From: Candidatus Sericytochromatia bacterium
Lineage (GTDB): Bacteria; Cyanobacteriota; Sericytochromatia; S15B-MN24; JAQBPE01
Assembly (NCBI GenBank): GCA_040400605.1
Contig: JBBAPZ010000002.1
Location: 1-64,000 of the forward strand
Reading direction: 5' to 3'
DNA length: 64,000 bases
The translations under genes were made by a program, and so were the position numbers. The notes beneath the pieces are model-generated. The model did no database searches and had not been told where the DNA came from. It worked only from the letters and a program-made list of their open reading frames with translations. The first letter of the stretch is position 1; every line of letters begins with the position of its first letter. Below are positions 30,491-40,479 of this stretch, one piece after another.

Positions 30491-31453
30491 CTAACGCGGG
30501 TTCAGCAACTCAAGGATGCGCTGGGGTCTGCTGTTGGCTTGGGCCAGCATGGCTTGCGCTGCTTGCTCGACAACTTGTGCGGTACTGAGTTTTGTCAGTT
30601 CAAATGCCACATCCGTGTCCCGCATCTTGGATTCGAAATCGGCCATTTGATTGGTGAAGGTTTCTGTTTGATTCAGGCGCAGGTCAATGCGGTTGGCGAT
30701 CGCACCAATATAGGATACGGCACGTTGCAGGCTGTCCTGCACAGTGTCGACGGCATCAAGGGCCCGTCCGATGTCCGCTCTGTCGCCTGAGTTCACTTTC
30801 AGCCGCTGCGGAAAGGCTTGCGCAAAGCTCGTACCGGTACTGTGGGGGTCAGAGGGCTTAGGAGGCGGTGAACCGAATTTTGCCTCCAACGCCGGTCGAA
30901 AGGCTGGATCGTTGTAGACGGATTCATAGCCGTAAAAGCTGACGATCGCCTCACCAAATGCGGTAGCAAGTCCGTTGAAGTCGGCTGAAACGAGATCGCC
31001 CGGATTGCCGCTCACCTGAAAATGCAAGACGCGATCCGATGGATTGGGTGCATCAAGTGGAATGCGAAAGTCCCGCGCATCAAAAAAGTTTGCCTTCAAC
31101 TGTTCCCGCAATTGTTCCAATTCGACTTGAATGTCGTTGCGGTTGTCATCATTGCGATCGCCATTGCCCGCGCTCAAAACCAGCTCCCGCATTTTGTTCA
31201 AGGCCGGAAAGAGATCGGCCACGTTCTCCTGTGCAAAGTTGAGTATCGACATGCTTTGCTGAATGTTGACCTGTGCCTGACGACCCCCTTCAACCTGGGC
31301 ACGCAACGCATCCGCCAGGAACAGGTCTGTCGGTCCGTCAGCCGAACTGTTAAGACGCACGCCCGAGGCAATCTTTGCTTGCGAACGGTCAACGGCCGCT
31401 GAATGCCGAGCCAGACGGGTTGCAAAAAACGAGCCAAGATCTAAAGACAGCAT
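30491..31453 (-). CDS. fliC: Flagellin (divergent)
   Basis: IASGVRLNSSADG N-terminus; IGAIANR, SKMRDTDVAFE and AMLAQANSRPQRILELL C-terminus. Confidence 0.9.
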   Translation of the reverse strand: MLSLDLGSFFATRLARHSAAVDRSQAKIASGVRLNSSADGPTDLFLADALRAQVEGGRQAQVNIQQSMSILNFAQENVADLFPALNKMRELVLSAGNGDRNDDNRNDIQVELEQLREQLKANFFDARDFRIPLDAPNPSDRVLHFQVSGNPGDLVSADFNGLATAFGEAIVSFYGYESVYNDPAFRPALEAKFGSPPPKPSDPHSTGTSFAQAFPQRLKVNSGDRADIGRALDAVDTVQDSLQRAVSYIGAIANRIDLRLNQTETFTNQMADFESKMRDTDVAFELTKLSTAQVVEQAAQAMLAQANSRPQRILELLNPR

Positions 31454-31473
31454 GAACGTCCCTCCCGTTACTT

Positions 31474-31501
31474 GTATCGACACCTTGCTTCCAAAACTTG
31501 A
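31474..31501 (-). promoter_or_regulatory. Sigma-28 (FliA) promoter of the flagellin gene
   Basis: TCAAGTTT-N12-GTCGATAC against consensus TAAAGTTT-N11-GCCGATAA. Confidence 0.7.
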
Positions 31502-31533
31502 ATGCTGCAGGATGCGATGTACTCAAAAGGGGG

Positions 31534-33654
31534 TCAAGAAGCGGCTACCACGGACATGTTGACGTGGCCAACGGTCTGCACCCGGAAGCGCGGATGGACT
31601 TCGCTGTATGAAATGACCACCAAGGTCGGAATGGCGCGTTCCATCAAGGGTTTTAGATGTGGCCGGACCACCGGGTCACACAGCACCGCTGCGGTGCGTC
31701 CCTGTTCGGCCGCATTTTGGTATTCGCTGGAGATGCGATCCACCAACATGTTGCGAATTTGTTGATTCAAAGCCAGTTGCTGTCCCGTGGGTCCCTGAAC
31801 GATGGCATCCTTGATCGACTGTTCCGCCCGGCCATCCAAGGTAATCACGAAAAGAACACCATTGTCGTCGGCCAGGCTGGCACAGATTTGCCGCGCCATC
31901 GTCGCCCGCACCAGTTCGGTGAGGATGAACGTATCTTTGACCATTTTGGAAAAATCGGACAGTTTCTCCAGAATGGTTGCGAGATCGCGGATACTGACCC
32001 GTTCGCGCAACAAGTTTTGCAAAACCCGTTGGACTTCACCCAGTTCCAGCTTGTCCGGGACCAGTTCCTTGACGGTCGTGGGCGCTTTTTCGCGTACCTT
32101 GTTCAGCATAATCTGCACTTCTTCACGTGACAATATCTCAAAGGCGTGTGCACGAACCACCTCATCCATGTGGGCGATCAACACATTTGTGGGGTCTTGA
32201 ACCAAATAACCCAACTGGCTCGCACGATGGGCCTCCGCACCCGCTACCCAGACCGCCGGTTTGCCAAATGCGGGCTCGGTTGTCGGAAAGCCCACCAATT
32301 CCTCGGAAGTATCCGTGATGTGCTGTTGGATTGCCAACATGTAACCCACCAACAACTCGCCCGTCGCGACAATGTTCTGTTTGACCATAATGCTGTAGGT
32401 GTTGGGGCGCAGGTTTAAATTGTCTTTGAACTGAATACCCGGCATGATAAAGCCCATTTCCATCGCGATGTTTACCCGCATGGGGACCACGCGGTCCATC
32501 AATTCACCACCGAGCGCCGGATCCACCAACGGTACCAGGTCAAGCCCCAATTCCAGGGTTAAAGGCGGGACACCAATCATCTTCATGACGGTTTCCGGAT
32601 TTTTCAAGTCCTCTTCCGGCTCCGCATCCGGCGCATAAGGCGCACCCCCGTCACCCATATCCGGAAAGACGCCATCGGGCCCTGCCGGTCCCACCAGACT
32701 GCTGCGATACGTCATAAAAGCGGCAATGCCCACCACAAACGACAACACGAAAAACACCCAATAAGGCGGCAGAAAGAATCCGAACAATGCCAGGATTCCC
32801 GCAGCGATTCCCAATACTTTAGGCGATGTGAACAATTGACTCTTCAAGTCCATCGCCAGGTTAAAGTCCGAGGTGGCGCGCGTCGCTACGAAACCGGCGG
32901 CCAACGAGATGAGAAGTGATGGAACCATTGTGACAAGGCCGTCCCCGACCGTCAAAATGGTGTAAGTTTCCAGTGCCTGGGGGACTTCCATGTCTTTCAT
33001 CAGCATTCCAACCAGGAAGCCGCCGATGATGTTCACCACCATGATCACAATGCCCATAATGGCATCGCCCTTGACGAACTTGTTGGCACCGTCCATTGAA
33101 CCAAAAAAGTTGGCTTCTCGTTCTACGTCTTTGCGACGTTTTTTGGCATCCTCCAGTGTGCACATGCCTTGCGCCAGTTCGCCGTCAATGGCCATTTGTT
33201 TCGCGGGCATCGCATCGAGCGTAAAACGGGCGGCCACTTCGGCGACACGTTTGGCACCCTCGGTGACCACGATGAACTGCATCAGGATGAGAATGAGGAA
33301 GACCAGGATACCGACCAGATAGTTGCCCCCGATGACCTTTTCGGCAAAGGCGTGAATCACTTCCCCTGCTTCAGCGTGTAGCAAAATGGCCTTTGCGGTC
33401 GCGACGTTGATGCTGAGTCGAAACAGGGTCAAGATGAGCAGGAGTGAAGGGAACGACGCAAAGTCGAGTGGTCGGATGATGTAAAGGGAAACGACCACGG
33501 TGATCAACGACATTGTCAGATTTGCGATGATCAAAATGTCGAGCAGCCAGGTGGGAACCGGCAAAATGAGAATACCGAGCACTGCGACCACCACCGCGGC
33601 CAGCGCCAGGTCGAAAGACAACTTGCTCGTCTGCGCAGTGCCGGCCATCGCCAC
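31534..33654 (-). CDS. flhA: Flagellar export gate FlhA
   Basis: FPSLLL, RVAEVAARFTLDAMP, FFGSMDGANKFVKGDA and LLRERVSIRDL motifs. Confidence 0.97.
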   Translation of the reverse strand: MAMAGTAQTSKLSFDLALAAVVVAVLGILILPVPTWLLDILIIANLTMSLITVVVSLYIIRPLDFASFPSLLLILTLFRLSINVATAKAILLHAEAGEVIHAFAEKVIGGNYLVGILVFLILILMQFIVVTEGAKRVAEVAARFTLDAMPAKQMAIDGELAQGMCTLEDAKKRRKDVEREANFFGSMDGANKFVKGDAIMGIVIMVVNIIGGFLVGMLMKDMEVPQALETYTILTVGDGLVTMVPSLLISLAAGFVATRATSDFNLAMDLKSQLFTSPKVLGIAAGILALFGFFLPPYWVFFVLSFVVGIAAFMTYRSSLVGPAGPDGVFPDMGDGGAPYAPDAEPEEDLKNPETVMKMIGVPPLTLELGLDLVPLVDPALGGELMDRVVPMRVNIAMEMGFIMPGIQFKDNLNLRPNTYSIMVKQNIVATGELLVGYMLAIQQHITDTSEELVGFPTTEPAFGKPAVWVAGAEAHRASQLGYLVQDPTNVLIAHMDEVVRAHAFEILSREEVQIMLNKVREKAPTTVKELVPDKLELGEVQRVLQNLLRERVSIRDLATILEKLSDFSKMVKDTFILTELVRATMARQICASLADDNGVLFVITLDGRAEQSIKDAIVQGPTGQQLALNQQIRNMLVDRISSEYQNAAEQGRTAAVLCDPVVRPHLKPLMERAIPTLVVISYSEVHPRFRVQTVGHVNMSVVAAS

Positions 33655-33740
33655 GGGTTCGGTTACCTCACGCCCTTATCTGATTGGTGATCACCCACGC
33701 CCATCATAACGATTGAAGCACCGGATGGGCAAGACTTGGC

Positions 33741-35585
33741 TCAAACCGGCACACCCAAGCGCCGACGCAGTTGTTGGGCAACGGAACGTTGCTGGAAAGC
33801 AGGCAACGTCGGCTGACCCTGAATCCTTTGCATCAAGTCATCCTGCATTTCAGGTGGAAGAACCGATAAGACCATATCCGCGTAACCAGGATTCAAAGTA
33901 CCGAGCACCGCTGCAGCCGTGGCGGGGCGCTCTTGCATCAACAGCTCCGCGACCGTATTGGGGTCAATCTGTTCCAAAAAGCCGAATGCTGAATCGCCAC
34001 CGCTGGCCTCTGGCACCTGCTGGGTCATCTCGGCTGGTGCAAAGCCCGCCAACGCATTCGGGTCAAAGGCGGGGGGCATGCCGGGATCACCCAACGAATC
34101 CACCAATACGTCGGTCGTATCCTCCCTGCGAGACGCCATGCGAACCAACGCGAGCAAGAGGAATAGCACCACGAAACCAACCGCCGCACCAATGATCCAG
34201 CTGGTAGGTATACCGCCATCTTTTTTCTTGGCATTGCTGGCGGCTGCGGTTTTGCTCTGTTCCTGCTGCTCGAGCAACTGTTTCAGCATGTCGGTTTGTG
34301 ACGTATCAAAGGCGACGGGCTGTACCACGATTTGATCACCCCGGCCGCCGACATCCGCCCCAGCCGTGGCAGCAACAATCTGGACCAATGCCGGGACCCG
34401 TTCAAGGCTTAAACCTTGAATCAACGCCGTCACCGACATGCGCTTGACGGTCCCGATTTCTTCTTCGGTCAAGGTATCGTTCATACTCCAGTTGCTGTGT
34501 TGGGTATTCTCATAAGTCTTTTCAAACCCGCCGCTTCCGCTGCCCTGGTTCGGCAGCGATTCGAGCGGGTAACCGGGCAATCGTGGCAGATTGCCGGTCA
34601 CACCCGTAATGTTGCCTTGGGTCGCGCCCCCATTATTGGATTTCTCCGTGCTTTTGGTGGAATTTGCCGGATAGACGCGACCTGTACCGTCAGCTGGGGG
34701 GGCAAACAGCCGGGTTTTAGTTTTCTTTTGGGTAAAGTCAAGGTCGACCGCGACGCGAACGACCGATTTTCCTGGACCATACATTTTATCCAGCAAAGAC
34801 TGCACCTTGACCTCGATGGCGGATTCCCGTTCGTGTGTGAGCATCATCTGGCGATCCAACGCTTTGGCCAACAGGCGATCCGTCACATCACCCGCATTTT
34901 CGGTCATGCCGTCGGACAGCAACTTTCCTTGGTCATTCACCACGGTGACATTGTTGGTCTTAAGTCCGGGAACGGAACTGGCCACCAGATGTTGAATGCC
35001 CTCCACCTGCGCCTTGCCCAGTGACTTGTTTGGACTTTGTCGCACCATGACCGACGCGGTGGTCGGTTTGCGTTCCTCGGTGAACAACTGGTCCTCGGGC
35101 ATGTTGATTAAAACGGAGGCACTATCCACCCCGTCAATCTTGCGCACGAGTCGGGCCAATTCACCGTTCAGTGCCCGGTTAAACGCGACCTTTTTTTCAA
35201 AGTCGGTTGAAATGAAACTGTTGGGTTTGTCACCGAACAACTGCGAAAATCCGATATCACCAGCTTTCGGCAATCCCTTCAACGCCAATTTGATGCGCGC
35301 TTCATCCGCCTTGGCACTGGGTACGGAGACCGCTGTTCCATCATTGACGATGTGAACGTCAATTCCTCTTTCCTTTAATTCTGCTGCCGCCTCTCCAGCC
35401 GTTTGAGGCTCCATGTTGCGAAAAATGACCGTGTAGCCCGGCTCAGCTGACCCTTCAACACCAGACTTGATCGTATTTTGATTGCCCCGCGGGATAAAAT
35501 TGGCGCCTACTGCCACCACGAGCAACATCAAGAGCAGTACGACGACAGCTTTGCCCTGTGCGGATAGCTCCTGGAAGAAATTCAC
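33741..35585 (-). CDS. fliF: Flagellar M-ring FliF with a fused C-terminal FliG middle-like domain
   Basis: RALNGELAR, PTTASV, LVASSVPGL; second transmembrane helix followed by FGFLEQIDPNTVAELLMQERPATAAAVL. Confidence 0.92.
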   Translation of the reverse strand: MNFFQELSAQGKAVVVLLLMLLVVAVGANFIPRGNQNTIKSGVEGSAEPGYTVIFRNMEPQTAGEAAAELKERGIDVHIVNDGTAVSVPSAKADEARIKLALKGLPKAGDIGFSQLFGDKPNSFISTDFEKKVAFNRALNGELARLVRKIDGVDSASVLINMPEDQLFTEERKPTTASVMVRQSPNKSLGKAQVEGIQHLVASSVPGLKTNNVTVVNDQGKLLSDGMTENAGDVTDRLLAKALDRQMMLTHERESAIEVKVQSLLDKMYGPGKSVVRVAVDLDFTQKKTKTRLFAPPADGTGRVYPANSTKSTEKSNNGGATQGNITGVTGNLPRLPGYPLESLPNQGSGSGGFEKTYENTQHSNWSMNDTLTEEEIGTVKRMSVTALIQGLSLERVPALVQIVAATAGADVGGRGDQIVVQPVAFDTSQTDMLKQLLEQQEQSKTAAASNAKKKDGGIPTSWIIGAAVGFVVLFLLLALVRMASRREDTTDVLVDSLGDPGMPPAFDPNALAGFAPAEMTQQVPEASGGDSAFGFLEQIDPNTVAELLMQERPATAAAVLGTLNPGYADMVLSVLPPEMQDDLMQRIQGQPTLPAFQQRSVAQQLRRRLGVPV

Positions 35586-35622
35586 CTGCTTACCCCGCCT
35601 GCGTGCTCACGTTACCGATGCA

Positions 35623-35964
35623 TCAAATCTGGGTCTGCAACAACTGATTGATTGACGTCGCGGCTTTGGATACAACCGTCGATGTCACTTGCACCAGCAC
35701 ATCGGATTTGGCCACGGCGAGCATCATCGTGTGAACATCGACGGGCTTGCCGGCGGCGAAGTCCAGCGTGATTCGCTCTGCCGTCACTTTGCTCTCATTC
35801 ACTTCCGTGAGGGCGTGTTGCAACGTTTCACCAAAGGAGCGCTCCCGGATGTCTTGCACGCCATCCAGTTCGGGGGCCCGCACGGAATGATCAAACTCGA
35901 CTGAAAAAGCATCGAAAGGATCGATGCCGCCGACTCGTGACAAACCTTGAATTGATCCCACCAT
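35623..35964 (-). CDS. fliE: Hook-basal body protein FliE
   Basis: SFGETLQHALTEVN, DVHTMMLAVAKS; C-terminal QI; position in operon. Confidence 0.88.
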   Translation of the reverse strand: MVGSIQGLSRVGGIDPFDAFSVEFDHSVRAPELDGVQDIRERSFGETLQHALTEVNESKVTAERITLDFAAGKPVDVHTMMLAVAKSDVLVQVTSTVVSKAATSINQLLQTQI

Positions 35965-36000
35965 TGTGAGTCTCCTCGTCATTCCCCGATGGAAAAATGC

Positions 36001-36411
36001 TTACTTCCCAATTTCCATGGCCTTGTTCATCATGTTCTTGGCTGCGTTAGACACAGTAATATTGGCCTCAAAGGTGCGCGACGCTGCGATCATGTCAACC
36101 ATTTCGTTGACAACGTTGACATTCGGCATTCGCAAAAAGCCACGCGCATCTGCATCAGGATGACCTGGATTGTACACCAAAGGAAAGGGACTTGGGTCTT
36201 TTTGAATACCAACCGCCTCCACGCCGCGACTGTCGGCGCCGAGTTCATTCGCCAACATCTCCGCAAAGACCGGCACTTCCCGTCGATACGGTCCACCTTC
36301 CGCCGAACGGGTGCTGTTCGCGTTGGCGAGGTTGTTGGCGATACGCTCCAACCAAAAGCGGTTGGCGGTCATTCCACTGGCGGCAATATCCATGACGTCA
36401 CTGAGTGCCAC
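36001..36411 (-). CDS. flgC: Basal-body rod protein FlgC
   Basis: ANNLANANST, GGPYRR, YNPGHPDAD and PNVNVVNEMVDMI motifs. Confidence 0.97.
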   Translation of the reverse strand: MALSDVMDIAASGMTANRFWLERIANNLANANSTRSAEGGPYRREVPVFAEMLANELGADSRGVEAVGIQKDPSPFPLVYNPGHPDADARGFLRMPNVNVVNEMVDMIAASRTFEANITVSNAAKNMMNKAMEIGK

Positions 36412-36428
36412 TCGGTATCCCCTTATGC

Positions 36429-36842
36429 TTACTTCGCCTGCGCGATGGTTCGCAGGAGTTGGAAATCTTTGGAAATGACGGCGGCAAGCGCATTGTATTT
36501 TCCGGCGTTCATTGCGAGTGCGCTCATTTCCAGTTCAACCGGCACCCGGTTGCCATCAATCCGCTGTGCCCCGTCATTGGCACGCCCCAGTACCGGTTGC
36601 CACTTGAGCAAGGCATCGGCGTGTGATTTTGACGACATATCCGCATCGACATTGGCATTGGCATCAAACAATGCTTCTTGCTGGGTCAAGGCTTCGAGCA
36701 GGGATGCCTCGAAATTGACTTCTTGCCGCGCATAACCAGGGGTATTGATATTCGCGATGTTATTGGCGATCGCATGAAGGCGCAAGCCCAAACCGTCCAG
36801 CGAGCGCTCAACGGCATGCATCATCGGCGAACTGATTTCCAT
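36429..36842 (-). CDS. flgB: Basal-body rod protein FlgB
   Basis: IANNIANINTPGY, RIDGNRV..ELEM. Confidence 0.93.
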   Translation of the reverse strand: MEISSPMMHAVERSLDGLGLRLHAIANNIANINTPGYARQEVNFEASLLEALTQQEALFDANANVDADMSSKSHADALLKWQPVLGRANDGAQRIDGNRVPVELEMSALAMNAGKYNALAAVISKDFQLLRTIAQAK

Positions 36843-36851
36843 TGCCCCCCC

Positions 36852-37565
36852 CTACCACGAAATAAAGTCGTCAATTGACTTTTTCTTGCCAAGTTTATGA
36901 CGCAATTGCTCCAACGCCCGGCGATGGATCCGACTGACCCAAGACTCCGAAAGCCCCAACTTTTGACCAATCTCCGCAAATGACATGTGGTGAAAATAAT
37001 AATAGCGCAAAGTCGTCCGTTCTTGAATCGGTAACTGTTCCACCGCCAGTCGCAAGATTTGTTGCAGTTCTTCCAGCTCCAGTTCGTGCTGTACCGTGTC
37101 AGACTTGCCGAGCTGTTTCAATAAATTGAAGTCTTCCCCGTCATCGCCACTTCCGGCCGGGGCATCCAGTGACAAAACGTACGAGTAAGTGATTTGTGTC
37201 ACTTTGCTACTCAATGCGACGGCGTCACTGCTCGCTTCATGTTCCGCGTCGACCTCATCGGGCTGCTTGACCGTTTTGTTGGTCACGGTCGGCACTTTGG
37301 GCAAATTATCCAGAATGGCCCCTTTGATGTAATATGTGGCAAAGGTTTCGAACTTGACCCCCCGAGCGGGATCAAATCGTTCTGCGGCGGCCATCAAGCC
37401 CATCACGCCATCTGACACCAAATCCTCAAGGTCATAGTGTCGCGGCAATCGCGTCGACAATCGTCGCGCGATTGATCGGACCATTGGCATATACTTTTCG
37501 ACCATGTCGGTTGACCGTGTCGATGTAACGGAATCCCCCGCCTCTGCAGCCTTTCTGGTCGTCAC
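36852..37565 (-). CDS. fliA: FliA/WhiG-family RNA polymerase sigma factor with an atypical region 3
   Basis: EDLVSDGVMGL, FDPARGVKFETFA and EIGQKLGLSESWVSRIH motifs. Confidence 0.85.
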   Translation of the reverse strand: MTTRKAAEAGDSVTSTRSTDMVEKYMPMVRSIARRLSTRLPRHYDLEDLVSDGVMGLMAAAERFDPARGVKFETFATYYIKGAILDNLPKVPTVTNKTVKQPDEVDAEHEASSDAVALSSKVTQITYSYVLSLDAPAGSGDDGEDFNLLKQLGKSDTVQHELELEELQQILRLAVEQLPIQERTTLRYYYFHHMSFAEIGQKLGLSESWVSRIHRRALEQLRHKLGKKKSIDDFISW

Positions 37566-37912
37566 TGGGCGCCTCCTTCCGGCGCCGTCACGCCAAGCCG
37601 AGCATCGAGCTGCGCATAGAGCGCATCTGATAGCGCATTGTTGCCACCCGAAGCCATCGCGCGCCCGGCTGACTGATCGAACAGGTACATAAATGATTCG
37701 AGATCCGCGCCCCCGAACAGCCCGCCCTCCTCATCCGTCAACGTGGTCTGTCGCATCGACTCGAATAACTGCGAGTAGAGCAACGAAGAAAACTCGTCGC
37801 ACTGTTGCCTCAACGCCTGCGCTTGTTCTTTACGGTCAGGCTTTTGGGGTCCCTCGGCGCGCAAGGGCATCCAGTTTGTCATTGAGGGAATGGAATACAT
37901 CGAATCCGCCAT
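37562..37912 (-). CDS. flgJ: Rod-binding protein (FlgJ N-terminal domain only)
   Basis: LRQQCDEFSSLLYSQLFESMR..GLFGG; follows flgI. Confidence 0.75.
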   Translation of the reverse strand: MADSMYSIPSMTNWMPLRAEGPQKPDRKEQAQALRQQCDEFSSLLYSQLFESMRQTTLTDEEGGLFGGADLESFMYLFDQSAGRAMASGGNNALSDALYAQLDARLGVTAPEGGAQ

Positions 37913-37926
37913 AGGTCACTTATACC

Positions 37927-39081
37927 CTAGATCAGCTCAAGTTGCGCATTCAACGCACCTGCAGCTTTAATGTTCTGGATGATGGAAATCATTTCGCGCG
38001 GTTTGACGCCCAGGGTGTTCAGCGCCTTGACCAGTTGTCCGAGGGTGGCACCGGATTGCAGCACCAGCGTTTTGGCGGGTTCTTCCATAACCGAAATGTT
38101 TGAGTTTCGAACGACGGTTGTCGTGCCCGTCGAGAAAGGCGCCGGCTGCGAGACGCTCGTTTTGGTCTCCACTTTGATGACCAGCGCACCGTGCGAGATC
38201 GCGACCGGATCGATGCGCGTGTTGGCGCCCATCACCACCGTGCCGCTGCGTTCCTCGATCACGACCTTGGCCACGTGATCCGGACGCACGGTTAACTGTT
38301 CGATGCGGGCGATGAGTTCGGGGACGCGATCGCGATAGGAGGACGTCACGTAACACTTTATCGTCCCTGCATCGAGCGGCGACGCCAATGCCAGACCACT
38401 CGCATTGATGGCTGCCGCACTGCGCGCACTGGTTGCAAAATCTGGATTCAACAGATTCAAGAAAAGATGTCCAGTCGCATCAACCACCGTGACGGGTACC
38501 TCACGCTCAACAATGCCACCATTGGGCACGCGTCCGACCAACACATTGTTTTTGGTCGTCGCGGACCCCGATGCCGTCGACTGAAATCCGCCTGTACTCA
38601 CAGCACCCTGTGCCACCACGTAGGTGTGCCCATCAGCCGCACGCAGGGGTGACTGCAACAAGACACCATTGGTGATGGCCCGCGCATCGCCGATGCTGGC
38701 CAAGGTGACATCCACTTGCTGGCCGGGCTTGACGAAAGGCGGCAGATTGCATGTGACCATCACCAAGGCTGTGTTGCGCGACAGAATCTGCCCTTGAAGT
38801 TCGGAAGGGGGGATGTTGTTGAGGCGTTGGATCACGTTTTCCAACGCACGATTAGTGACACGCATCTGCTGACTGTCACCCGTACCCGGCAAACCAACAA
38901 CGAGCCCAAGACCCGTCACCTGGTTGGAGCGCGCCCCCTGAACCGTGGCCACATCCTTCAATCGGACCAATTCATTGGTCGATGCCAACTGTGCCTGCGC
39001 GTGATTTGACTGCACAGCAAGCCAGCCAATCACAGCCAACCCAACCTTGAATTGCCAACTCTTCATTTCAAGGCCTTTCAC
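37927..39081 (-). CDS. flgI: P-ring protein FlgI
   Basis: RLKDVA, GLVVGLPGTGD, ERSGTVVMG and AGALNAQLELI motifs. Confidence 0.97.
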   Translation of the reverse strand: MKGLEMKSWQFKVGLAVIGWLAVQSNHAQAQLASTNELVRLKDVATVQGARSNQVTGLGLVVGLPGTGDSQQMRVTNRALENVIQRLNNIPPSELQGQILSRNTALVMVTCNLPPFVKPGQQVDVTLASIGDARAITNGVLLQSPLRAADGHTYVVAQGAVSTGGFQSTASGSATTKNNVLVGRVPNGGIVEREVPVTVVDATGHLFLNLLNPDFATSARSAAAINASGLALASPLDAGTIKCYVTSSYRDRVPELIARIEQLTVRPDHVAKVVIEERSGTVVMGANTRIDPVAISHGALVIKVETKTSVSQPAPFSTGTTTVVRNSNISVMEEPAKTLVLQSGATLGQLVKALNTLGVKPREMISIIQNIKAAGALNAQLELI

Positions 39082-39084
39082 GTG

Positions 39085-39672
39085 CTACCACAGCCAGTTG
39101 AACAGCCGCGTCAACAAACCCGGCGTCGCTTTGGCCGTCGCTGGGCCCGAGCCTTTAACGTCCACGGTCATATCGGCCACCCGGCTACTCTCAATGCGGT
39201 TGTCTGGTGAGATATCCAGGGGTCGCACGATGCCGCGGATGGTGATGTCGGTGTCCTCGTCATTGACCCGGATGTGCTTCGTGCCGACAACCCGCAACGT
39301 GCCATTGGGCAGCAATTCTTCAATGCGTGCGGTGACATCCATCTGAATGCGGCCATTGCGACTGGTCGTCCCTCGGCCCTGAAAGTCGTCCCGTCCACGC
39401 ACCTCGATTTGATTTCGGACCACCTGTGGAATCAAGGCGCCAAAATCCCAATCGCTGCGTATGCGTGCGTCTTTGCTGCGATCCGTCGACGCACCGGATT
39501 CTGCGAGGTTACGCTCTGTAACAACAATCGTGATGAGATTGCCAACGCCGAGGTAAGGGCGTGTGAAGCTGGTCAGGTTTTCATTTGGACCACCTTCCAC
39601 ATATAACGAATCTGCACTGGCCGCCCCAGACAAGTTCACGATGATTGCAATTACAAACGCCATCCATTTCAT
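39085..39672 (-). CDS. flgH: L-ring protein FlgH
   Basis: VGNLITIVVTE, LPNGTLRVVG, GIVRPLDISPDNRIES. Confidence 0.92.
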   Translation of the reverse strand: MKWMAFVIAIIVNLSGAASADSLYVEGGPNENLTSFTRPYLGVGNLITIVVTERNLAESGASTDRSKDARIRSDWDFGALIPQVVRNQIEVRGRDDFQGRGTTSRNGRIQMDVTARIEELLPNGTLRVVGTKHIRVNDEDTDITIRGIVRPLDISPDNRIESSRVADMTVDVKGSGPATAKATPGLLTRLFNWLW

Positions 39673-40418
39673 TGGCTACCCTCCAAATCCAGACTCACGC
39701 GATTCGGTGCTACCACGCGCGCCATGAATTCCACCTTTGACTCGGGATTCGACACTTTGATCAACTGCCCCATAACCCCGTCCGTGCGCGCGATACCTTG
39801 CGCGATTACGGTCAAGTCTCCCGATGTGACCAAGACCGTGAGCGCATCGCCCGCTTTCACCATCCGCGCCAGGCGAAAAATCTTCGTTGTGAGTCGGGTG
39901 CCCATCGGGACCGCTTTTTGGAGTTCCAGCCCAACCAGTTGCTCAAGTTTGTAATTCCCCATGTCTGCCGTCTGCTTGATGACGTCTCGAACACTTCGGA
40001 CATCCGCCTCAGTGAGCAAATGTCCGGCTTCCAGTCGCCGCGCGGCGATCAGCGCACTATGATACAGCGTCACGGACAACTTGGGGAAAATCGTTCGATA
40101 GCGCTGTCCATCGACGAACACCTGAATCGCAACATGCCCCCGCCCGGCAAGGTTCACCCCTTTGGCCACTTCAAGCGTGACACGCCCTTCCGGTAACGTC
40201 GGCAACAAATTTGCAGCGCTAATATCCGCCCACTCGACTTCGACGTCCTGCCGCGGAAGCTGTAAACGCATCATTGCCGCGTCGCGAACGAGATCGATAA
40301 TTTGACGTTCCGATACAGGAGCCGCGTTTGCGCACAACGCGCTCCCCCAAGCCAACCCGAATGCGACCAACGCCCAGATGCGGCTCACAAACACTCCCTC
40401 AATCGCTCCGCTCGTCAT
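39669..40418 (-). CDS. flgA: P-ring assembly chaperone FlgA
   Basis: SAF domain; VKAGD..V, GQLIKVSNPES; position in operon. Confidence 0.88.
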   Translation of the reverse strand: MTSGAIEGVFVSRIWALVAFGLAWGSALCANAAPVSERQIIDLVRDAAMMRLQLPRQDVEVEWADISAANLLPTLPEGRVTLEVAKGVNLAGRGHVAIQVFVDGQRYRTIFPKLSVTLYHSALIAARRLEAGHLLTEADVRSVRDVIKQTADMGNYKLEQLVGLELQKAVPMGTRLTTKIFRLARMVKAGDALTVLVTSGDLTVIAQGIARTDGVMGQLIKVSNPESKVEFMARVVAPNRVSLDLEGSQ

Positions 40419-40479
40419 GATACACGTTAAGGTGCCAAACGCGCGATCATTAACCCGTCAAATCACCGTTTATTCCCGA

